A DNA stretch of 64,000 bases, taken from NCBI GenBank assembly GCA_964016885.1, contig CAXHJY010000134.1, forward strand, positions 1 to 64,000. Direction: 5' to 3'. Position numbers and translations under genes: made by a program. The notes under the pieces were generated by a model. It ran no database searches. It was not told the DNA's origin and saw only the letters and a list, made by a program, of their open reading frames with translations. Positions 51,028 to 64,000 of this stretch are shown one piece after another (positions within the stretch are counted from its first letter, which is position 1; each line of letters begins with the position of its first letter). This DNA is from Eledone cirrhosa (lineage: Eukaryota).

Positions 51028-54000
51028 CTACAGGCGTATATTCAGAGTGGTCCCGTTCACTCGGACCATTCTCGCTACATTCACCCACCTTTCAACAAAC
51101 TTGCTAGAAGGCAGCACTTGCTTCTCCACCCTGATTTTCCTCTTCAAGTGAAACTTGAAAAAGTTAATTAGGGATTCGCCGAAGAGGAAAGTGTCTGTCT
51201 TTAACCCTTTCAACCTTGTCCACCACACAATCTCTTTCGCCATGGCCACCAGGCAGATAAAAACCACCTGCCCTTCCTCCTCGAAGGAAGACGGCGAGAC
51301 CATCTGCACAATGGAGTCAGTCGATAACCGGATCAGTCCTACACGCGACAGCAACTGTTCGACATAGCTCCACAAGTCAGCAATGCTCGGGCACTGAACG
51401 AGTGCGTGAACGACGGTTTCGTCGCTCTGCGCGCATCTCGGACAGGCTCGGCTGACGGCACTTCCGTGCCTGTAGAGCTTATCTCGAACCGGCAGCGCTC
51501 CCCGGTAGCACTGCCAGGCCAGGGATTTTTGGAAGTTATCCATAGGCCCTGGGCTGAAAGTTCTCCGGAAGAGAGCAAACAGCTGATCTTCTTCGACGCC
51601 CAGGATCTCTCCGAGAACGTCGTCGCTCATCCCCTCCACTAGTCCTCTACAGAACGCCGAGGTGGATGTTCCACCGATACTGGTGCCCAGCTGGCAGAGG
51701 GCAGTGAGCGCCTGGAGACATTCCAGTTTCCAAGCGCTATCCCTCGGTCTTTTTCTGACCCAGGACTGCAGCTCCGTCAAGGAGACGAGCTGTGGGAAAA
51801 CGTGCCTGGCGAAAGGCGACTACACCGGTTCACCGTCAAGGAAGCACCAGAGATGTCGCAGCCTCCGCGCATGTTTGCGCATCATCAGCCATGGCATGCC
51901 CAGTCCTCCACGCAACGGGTGTTGACAGCAGATGGATCGTCTGACCATGGGAGCGCATCCCTTCCACAAAAAGCGGAAGAGGGGGCGCTCCATTTTGGCT
52001 CATTTCTGGGTGAGGGAGGCCACCTTGCTCGTTACCTCGTTCCAGTTTTTTTCCATCTGGAGATCCGGTCCGAACCAGACCCCGAGCAATTTAACCAGTC
52101 CGTCTGTCCAACGCCCCACGACGCTGTCGGACGGCATGGACTTGCCTCTCCAGGTGCCGAGCTGCAGGCCCACCGACCTTTTCTAGTTTATCTTTGCTCC
52201 TGTCACCGCTTCGTATTCCTTGAGAGCGGTACCGAGCATCTGGACTTGTTTGGTGCTCGACACCACCACGGTGACGTCGTCGGCGTAAGCCGACACGGAT
52301 TTCCCGCTTCCCAGTTCGCGTGGGACGCCCCTCATCGCCCCCAGTTTGTGCAGTAACGGCTCGAGAGCCAATAAGTACAAGAGGGACGAGAGGGGACAAC
52401 CCTGGCGGACTGAGCGCATGATGCTGAACGGCTGCGACAGGTGACCGTTCACCCTTACAACTTAGCAGATGTCGCTGAACATCGCTGCGATCCAACCCCT
52501 GAAAACGGGCCCGAAACCGGCTGCCTCGAGGACCGCCGCCAGGTACCGATGGTCGACCCTATCGAATGCTTTGGATTGATCCAAATTGATCAGGGCCCCA
52601 CCCGTGCCAGGTTCCTTAACCACCCTCTCTATGATGTATCGCATGAGGTGGAGGTTGTCGTGTATGGATCTGTCCGGAATGGCGCATGTCTGCGCCTCTC
52701 CCACCAGAGCCTTGGCGACAAGCGCCAACCTCGTTGCTAACACCTTGGCCAAAATCTTGAACTTTGCGTTTAGCAGGGTTATGGGCCTGAAATTATCGAC
52801 AACATCCCCCTTGTTCGGGTCTTTTCTCAGCAGCACCACCGCTCCCCGGCTCACAAAACTTGGAAAGCTCCCGTTCTGCTGCCAGTTTCAGTAGACGTCT
52901 GCCAAGAGGTCACCGAACAAGTGTGGCATAAATGCATAAAGCTCGTAGGGCAGACCATCCAAACATGGCGATTTACCCCTCGTGCAGTTAGCCATCGCTT
53001 CCCGTATTTCACCGGCTGTTATTGGCTTTTCGCAACACTGTGCTGCGGTCGTCGAGAGCCGAGGCAGTCCGTCGAGGTATGCACTGAAGTCCATGCCCCG
53101 ATCCGGGCCGCCGCTGCTCCCGAACAGTTCAGCAAAGTGCTGCTGACAAGCTTCACACATCCGCTAGGGTTCGAGCGTCACGCACCCGTTTTGGTTAGAC
53201 AAAGACCGAATTGTGGCTTTGTTGCCACGTCACGCCTCTGCCACCCGGGCCCATTGGACGGCTTTTGTCCCTTCGTGTTTCAGAGCACGCGCTCTAGCTC
53301 TGACAACGCAGCCTTCGTGTTTTGCGTTGAAGAATTGGTCGAGTGCCAATCTCGCCGCAAGCACCTCGGTTGCGATGCCTGTCCTAAACGCCTCTTTTAG
53401 CTTTCTGACTAGCTCTCCCTCTACTCTATTTTCCTCTATCACTACTCCTTTGCTAAACCTAATCGACTCTACTTTAATTGCCCTTTTCAGGGCGAACCAC
53501 CACCTGTTGTTGACGACCGCTCCCGTCAACGCCCGCTTAACTAATAAGCTAATCCGGTCTCTGTAGGCTTTGCGCGCCAGGAAAGACGTGTTCAGCTTCC
53601 AGTAACCGGGCCCTTGTCGATGAAGTCTGTCTATGTCGATCTCACAGATCACAAATTTGTGGTCTGTGTAGTCGACTATTTTAAATTGTGGACAACTTAT
53701 ACTAGCCTTATCTAGTTCTCTGCAGAATACCCTATCGAGATACGATCTGGATGACTCGATGCGGTTTGTCCATGTCCACATTGGCACATTCGGGTGATCC
53801 AGTCGATACCTGTCAGACAGTTCAAAACGTCTGAGTTGGTGAGGCGTTGCACCCTCCTCCCCTATCCAGTAGCCCCACACAATCCCAGCGTGCATCCAAG
53901 ATACTGTTCTAGTCGCCCACTAACACTAAGATCGGGACGTTTCAAGAAAGGACTCTAGACGTCTGAAGAAATCTGTTGGAGTGTAGACGGCTACTAGCCT

Positions 54001-54317
54001 GAAAGCATTGCCTTCGCTGCCGGTCACGTCCAGCACCACGGACTTACCTTCTGGGTCTAGGAAGATGGCCTGTATGGCGAGATCCAAGCCTCTCCGAAAA
54101 AGGACGGCAACCCCGCCCCCGATCCTGGACGGCTGGGAGATGCGTATACATCGTAGCCGCCGAAGATCGGTGCGAAGGCTTGTGCTTCGGAGATTCTGGT
54201 CTCACTGATGCCCACCACATCTATATTTAGTGACCTGAGGTCGTTGAGCAGGTGACCCTACTTCCAAGATGACCCCAGGCAACGTGCATTTATACTGCCT
54301 ATTCTGAGTACGGCCAT
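51028..54317 (-). pseudogene. Tx1-like ORF2 (APE endonuclease-RT-zinc finger), disrupted
   Basis: MAVLRIGSINAR start; SYLDRVF..TDH..GPGYWKLN; KSPCLDGLPYE; FRPITLLN; LDQSKAFDRVDH; VRQGCPLS; AYADDV; CPRC..ETVVHALVQC. Spread over several frames. Confidence 0.85.
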
Positions 54318-54920
54318 GTTGGATGAGAAACGAGGCAAGTGAGAAAGGGTCACTTACCTTGATCGTGTGGTGAAGGGACAGTAGAACCGTCCCTTTGGCT
54401 GGTCATGGGTGTTTCCAAGAGGATGTCAGTGTATATCCTCTTGGTAACCGACCCTCTGAAGTCTCCAACTGCGTTGGGGAATTTTTGTTTTAAAGGTTTG
54501 TACTGCTCTATTGAGATTTCAATGATGCTTATGTTTGTCGGGAGAGTTCTTGGTGTTGGTGGGGTGTAGTAGTTTTTTTTCTGTGATGTCTGTGTGCTGC
54601 TTTATATATTGTATGAGTTCTTTTTTTACCATGTTTATGGCTGTGTACTTTTTTGGGGGAGGGGTGATTTTGTTGCTGTTTTCCTCTTGTTGCTGTTTGG
54701 TGTGTGTGTTTTGTTTTGTTTGCATTGTTTGGTGTTTTTGGTGATGCTGGTGGTGGTGTGGTTGTTGTTGGCGGTGGTGCTTGTGGTGGTGATGGTGATG
54801 GTGGTGGTGTTGCTGCAAGTTTCCTTGCTGCCTTTACCCCTCTTTGTGTGCCTTCGCTTTTGGAGGGTGAATCTAAGGGTTTTTTGTTTTTTGTTTTTTT
54901 GTGGCAGACCGTTTGCCACT

Positions 54921-55757
54921 TCACTCCCGCCTCAAACTCCATGTCGGATTCCGTGGCGTCTGGGAGGGGTATGTGCTCCACGGCTGTTGGTGGTGGTAGT
55001 AAAGCCCTCTTCGGCAATTTTGTTGCTGTGTAGCTACTACAAATGTAGCTACTGGTGTTGCCGCCACTGATGCTGCTGTTTTAGTTGTCCGTGGCCTTGG
55101 TACGGGTGCCATGGACGTTGCCCTCCTACTCACCGTGGAAGGGGCTTTTGCGTTTGTTGCCTGCCCTGCTCTTGGTAGCAGCGGACCAGGTATTGGAAGG
55201 AGAGGGGCCTTCTTCTTCGCTGCCTTCTGCGGGAAAAAGGCCCTGAGGTGACCCTTCGACCCACAGAGATAACATTTTGGCCGTCTTCCTTCTACGTTTA
55301 TAGGGAGTTGGAGTCCTTTCTCGATGTTTATGATATCGGGGATAGCGTCGATACATTCCTGGTTAGTTTGTATAAGCATTTGCATGCCTATACCTGACCA
55401 GTTCTCTCTCCCTATTTTCTCTACTTGCAGCATGGTCGTCCTGTTCTCGATTCCAGCAAGGACAGACGCGGCCAGCCAAGGTATGGGCACGTCGGGTAGG
55501 ACCTGGGTCACTTTGGCCCTCACAATTTTCTGCCCGCAGTAGGAGGGCACCAAGACTATCTCCTCACTCTTTGGGGTTTCCAAAGAGTGAGACTTTGCTT
55601 CCTGGGGGGTGGCGAAAAGTACGTCTACTGTGACGTACTTTCTGCCTCGGGTGATGTGGGTTTTGCGTGCCCAGACGCACCCCAAGGCCTTTTGGATTTG
55701 AGCCTCCGTGGCTCTCTCCACCCGATGTGAGATTTTGCTTACGGTGCGGTAAGTCAC
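54921..55757 (-). CDS. Tx1-like ORF1 (gag-like) fragment
   Basis: VEGRRPKCYLCGSKGHLRAF zinc-knuckle-like motif upstream of ORF2, with frameshifted continuations on both sides. Confidence 0.7.
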   Translation of the reverse strand: MTYRTVSKISHRVERATEAQIQKALGCVWARKTHITRGRKYVTVDVLFATPQEAKSHSLETPKSEEIVLVPSYCGQKIVRAKVTQVLPDVPIPWLAASVLAGIENRTTMLQVEKIGRENWSGIGMQMLIQTNQECIDAIPDIINIEKGLQLPINVEGRRPKCYLCGSKGHLRAFFPQKAAKKKAPLLPIPGPLLPRAGQATNAKAPSTVSRRATSMAPVPRPRTTKTAASVAATPVATFVVATQQQNCRRGLYYHHQQPWSTYPSQTPRNPTWSLRRE

Positions 55758-56048
55758 CGTCCGTAGCTGCTGGTCCTTGAAAAAATCGGGTGGAGACTCT
55801 ATTGGCGCTTCTTGTCACCATGGCCCTTGCGACTGCCATCTCCTCTTATGTGACTAACACTGTCTCGATATTTCGGGCGACACCTGCAAAAGAAGTGGTC
55901 CCTTTTTCAGCAGTATCACTATTGCTGCCGCTACTGGTCTTACTGGTGGTGTGCCCGACCGACTAAACTCACTCGATATGCAAATTAGGCTGCTCAGCCG
56001 TTAATATGCATAAGGAAAGTATATACTTTCAGACGTTCAACCATCTAG

Positions 56049-56107
56049 CAGGAAGGTATACGATGCTGACGATAGCTAATAAGATTGAAACTAGTACATC
56101 GTTCCTG
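56049..56107 (+). ncRNA. Minimal type I hammerhead ribozyme
   Basis: caggaa..acgatg-CTGACGA(56066-56072)-tagct-aata-agatt-GAAA(56087-56090)-cta-GTA-catcgt-tcctg. Palindromic actagt stem III; cleavage predicted after 56096. Confidence 0.7.
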
Positions 56108-56391
56108 TGTCAGTGCTGAACAAAAAGGTGACGTGGTTGCCTAAACACCGTACGGCGTAATTCGGGCTGTTTGTTTGTTTACAAACAAACCGAGCATTAT
56201 AATAAATGTTCGGTAAACCGATACGTGCATATATATATATATATATATATATATGTGCATGTATGTATATATATACATACTACTGTACGTCTGTATACAT
56301 ATATGTATGTACGTATACATACATACTTACATTTAAGTAACTGCCGTACTAAGACTGAGAAATAAAATTTCGTTTCATTCTATTCCATCTA

Positions 56392-59969
<3,578 letters not shown>

Positions 59970-60048
59970 TAAATATATATATATAGAGCGTGAAATTAAT
60001 AAACATTCGTTGTACTGCCTCTCTGCTTTGTTCCTGTTCAAATTTTCC

Positions 60049-60087
<39 letters not shown>

Positions 60088-60877
60088 TATTTTCCGTTGT
60101 GTTGTAATATAAATATTACACACAGTAGATTGACAGCTCACGTAGAGTTTGCTCGACGGTTCCAGTTGTAGTTCCAAAAGTAATCTGGAGAAAAATAGAA
60201 AGATTTGAATGGATACAGTTTAGTTGAAAGGAATTTATTGACACGTGTTTCTATAACAGTTACATAACCTGAAAACAGCTGCTATCTACAAAGTATTAGT
60301 TATGCAGACATTCAATATTTCAATGTTATTATTTACTGTCATTTCATCAGAATAATATTACTGAGGACCTGTTTGGTTTTTATAGAGAATATTAGGAGGG
60401 AGGGGTGAAGTTGTTAGAAGAATAGTTGAGGGAGTGGTTTTTTGATAGCAGTGAGAATTTTTGGTGGTAGTGAGTAATTAGATTCGCATCTGTTGTTTTG
60501 ACATTTTTATAGAATATATTATTGGTTATTTTTCTAAATCTATAGAAGGATTAGAGATAGTATAGATATGCGTGGTTGGTTTTGTGTTTGCACTTAATTA
60601 ACATTCAGACTTAAATTTTTCTTTCAAGTGTACGTATCCTTTCACCCACGCATTCACACACAAACATATTTGCACACCTCTACAAAATACATATACTCAC
60701 ATTCACATAGTAACATGTCCATACTTACATACATATACACATGCATACATATATATATACACACATGTATTCATGCACATACATACGCGTTCATGTGTAT
60801 ACATTTTTATACTCAACTTATCTTTATATACACACGTATAGACACACACATATATACACACATACTCCAGTCTATGT

Positions 60878-60931
<54 letters not shown>

Positions 60932-61561
60932 ACTTTAATACATGAATGCACTTACATCTAACTATACACATCAAACATATATATATATTTACTTATTTAT
61001 ATACATTTTCACATATATATACATACTTATGGTCGCTTTTAGACACATTCATTATCGCATATTTGCACCTATTCTCATCAGCATATCTTTCCATTATTAG
61101 TGTGGTAATTTAAGGTTATTAATATATGTTGAGAAGAGATTGTTTTTATATTTTTCTAACTAGATTGAGGTTTATATAGTTGGGGGGATGTCCCTCTTTT
61201 ATGTAATATTCGGCTTGTAGTGAGAAAAAAGGGTTTTAGTTCGGTGACGGCAGAATAATGTTCGTTCAATTCTGTTATTCAGCAGTTTCTTCTTGTGTGT
61301 GATTATGTAATAAATCTCAAGATTACACAATTTGCAGAAATTTTGGCTCCTGGAAAAGCTTTGGGTTTTAGCTACCACTATAAGACTGTCATACTCTACA
61401 GCGTTAAACCGTGAACAACACATAAAAAAGATCAATACTAGAAGGTTAAACGAAAACACTAAAAACTTAAGTACAAAGAACACAAAAAAAAAACAGTAGA
61501 CAATACACTACAGAACATAAATAAACCACACCTAAGTTCGTCCGCAATACTACTCCAGAGA

Positions 61562-61981
61562 AAACCCAACGTACACAACTGTAACTGCACCTATCCTGAC
61601 AACTGCCCCCTCGGCAATAACTGCCTGGAAAAAAATATTATTTATAAGTGTACCATTAAATCCGGAGGCAACGAGTGGTATTACGTGGGATCAACGGCAA
61701 CATCGTTTAAATCTCGATTATATAGGCATTCTTACTCAATAAAACACCAGAGCCAAAGAAATGTAACAACTTTAGCAAAAAAAGCTTGGACGCTCAGGGA
61801 TAGCGATCAAAAGTTTACCCTAAAATGGGAGAAATTAGCTAAAACCCAAAGCTTTTCCAGGAGCCAAAATTTCTGCAAATTGTGTAATCTTGAGATTTAT
61901 TACATAATCACACACAAGAAGAAATTGCTGAATAACAGAACTAAAACCCTTTTTTCCCACTACAAGCCGAATATTACATAA
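61562..61981 (+). CDS. Penelope GIY-YIG endonuclease fragment
   Basis: In frame HNCNCTYPDNCPLGNNC..IIYKC..YYVGSTATSFKSRLYRH..TTLAKKAW..CKLCNLE. Homologous to ORF 28319-29596. Confidence 0.85.
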   Translation, partial: KPNVHNCNCTYPDNCPLGNNCLEKNIIYKCTIKSGGNEWYYVGSTATSFKSRLYRHSYSIKHQSQRNVTTLAKKAWTLRDSDQKFTLKWEKLAKTQSFSRSQNFCKLCNLEIYYIITHKKKLLNNRTKTLFSHYKPNIT

Positions 61982-62267
61982 AAGAGGGACATCCCCCCAA
62001 CTATATAAACATCAATCTAGTTAGAAAAATATAAAAACAATCTCTTCTCAACATATATATGTATATTAATAACCTCAAATTACCACACTAATAATGGAAA
62101 GATATGCTGATGAGAATAGGTACAAAAATACGATAATGAATGTGTCTAAAAGCGACCATAAGTATGTATATATATGTGAAAATGTATATAAATAAGTAAA
62201 TATATATATATGTTTGATGTTTATAGTTAGATGTAAGTGTATTCATGTATTAAAGTGCTTATATATC

Positions 62268-62327
<60 letters not shown>

Positions 62328-62870
62328 TATGTATATGTATATATATACACATAGACTACAGTATGTATGTATATATGTGTGTGTCTATACGTGTGTATAT
62401 AAAGATAAGTTGAGTATAAAAATGTATACACATGAACGCGTATGTATGTACATGAATACATGTGTGTATATATATATGTATGCATGTGTATATGTATGTA
62501 AGTATGAACATGTTACTATGTGAATGTGAGTATATGTATTTTGTAGAGGTGTGCAAATATGTTTGTGTGTGAATGCGTGGGTGAAAGGATACGTACACTT
62601 GAAAGAAAAATTTAAGTCTGAATGTTAATTAAGTGCAAACACAAAACCAACCACGCATATCTATACTATCTCTAATCCTTCTATAGATTTAGAAAAATAA
62701 CCAATAATATATTCTATAAAAATGTCAAAACAACAGATGCGAATCTAATTACTCACTACCACCAAAAATTCTCACTGCTATCAAAAAACCACTCCCTCAA
62801 CTATTCTTCTAACAACTTCACCCCTCCCTCCTAATATTCTCTATAAAAACCAAACAGGTCCTCAGTAATA

Positions 62871-62991
62871 TTATTCTGATGAAATGACAGTAAATAATAA
62901 CATTGAAATATTGAATGTCTGCATAACTAATACTTTGTAGATAGCAGCTGTTTTCAGGTTATGTAACTGTTATAGAAACACGTGTCAATAA
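62871..62991 (+). ncRNA. Type I hammerhead with ~90-nt stem II domain (mirror copy 60235-60355, minus)
   Basis: ttatt-CTGATGA(62876-62882)-a-atgacagt...actgttat-a-GAAA(62975-62978)-cacgt-GTC-aataa. Palindromic acacgtgt; GUC cleavage predicted after 62986. Confidence 0.7.
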
Positions 62992-63022
62992 ATTCCTTTC
63001 AACTAAACTGTATCCATTCAAA

Positions 63023-63140
<118 letters not shown>

Positions 63141-64000
63141 CAAAAGGGATATTCAATTTGTTGGTAATTCAACAAATATATAAATGTTTATCAATAATTT
63201 ATGCAAACTATAAATTTATCAAAACGCAAATTTCCCAGTTTGTTTATATCCCAAGAAGACAATCTTCACGTGATTTTATTGAATTTATCACTAAATTCCC
63301 AGTATTTTTACGAAAATCCAGAGGCTATATACTGGTGCACACAAACAAGAAGCTCGAATTATAATAATTTGTTTGTACACTGGAAATATCTACGCTGCTA
63401 AGAAACAGTTAGATTTAAAAGGAAATTAGTTAATATAGGGCTAGAATTTGATTAGGGTTAGGGTTAGGTAGAACTGCCTTCTTAACAAAAAAAAACCGAC
63501 AATAAAAACAAACAAACGAAAAGCAAACACACGCAAACACACACACACACACACAGAAACACACACACATGCACACAGAAACACGCGCGCACACACAGAC
63601 AAACACACGCGCACGCGTGCACACTGTTCTACACAATTAATGCTACAAATACCCAGTCATTAACAAAAATATATTATACAAAAGGGTCGTGAACAAAAAT
63701 AGACTAACTAAAGACTTTTAAAAAATTAACTTTTGGAGTTTTGATCCATAATGTATTTGTAGATATGTTTCTAAAGTTTGAGATATTTGACTGGGTACTG
63801 AGGGTATCCGTTTCATTAATATACTCTCAGGTCTCGAATCGAATAATGCCCCGCACCCAATTTTTCAGACTTCCCTGCCCTTTTTAAATTTTGCTAATCT
63901 ATTTTATTTTAAGTGGTAGCATTTCTGCGGTAATTAATTTTCTTTGTTTACATTAAAAACATTATACATGACAAAAAAAAAAAAAAGGGAACATTACAAA

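Larger units (their letters stand above)
50711..55970 (-). mobile_element. Near full-length Tx1/L1-clade non-LTR retrotransposon, frameshifted
   Basis: ORF1 has a CCHC-like knuckle, and ORF2 has APE, RT and a C-terminal Cys/His motif. The 3' end ccaataaagaaa runs into (TTA)n at 50641-50709. Confidence 0.85.

Noticed and set aside
51155-53566. Plus-strand ORFs over the Tx1 element (similar antisense ORFs overlie the RTE, R4 and Gypsy elements)
   Set aside because: Antisense shadows of retroelement coding sequence with no motifs.
62100-62162. Extra CTGATGA core in Penelope 3'UTR; similar weak cores at ~22938, ~39590 and ~48818
   Set aside because: GAAA or core positions are mutated and stems are not convincingly paired; at best decayed relics.
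63452-63468. Telomere
   Set aside because: Only about three TTAGGG-like units, in an internal position.

Overview
Gene-free, repeat-saturated eukaryotic DNA. It is AT-rich, with dense (TA)n, (CA)n, (TACA)n and (TAA)n microsatellites and tRNA-derived SINEs that resemble octopus SINEs; the cephalopod assignment is from recall, not a search. No host protein-coding gene is supportable. The window is a mosaic of retroelements: CR1-like and CRE-like fragments, nested Gypsy LTR elements, several RTE LINEs (one with an uninterrupted 995-aa APE-RT ORF), three R4/Dong-like RLE elements in (TACA)n, one Tx1/L1-like element, two Penelope-like GIY-YIG elements, a non-autonomous Helitron and MITE/foldback elements. 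The main signal is non-coding. Many short elements sitting in (TA)n tracts carry type I hammerhead ribozyme (HHR) folds: CUGANGA core, stem II, GAAA, a short often palindromic stem III, an NUH triplet and a closing stem I. The best examples are a 310-bp tandem array (18628-21744; 10 HHR copies, ending in an inverted segment) and a 530/541-bp family whose HHR stem II shows compensatory base changes between copies. Together with the Penelope ORFs, whose own terminal repeats carry HHRs, this looks like a multi-family Penelope/retrozyme system that targets (TA)n and may produce self-cleaved or circular RNAs. All folds and alignments were done by eye.
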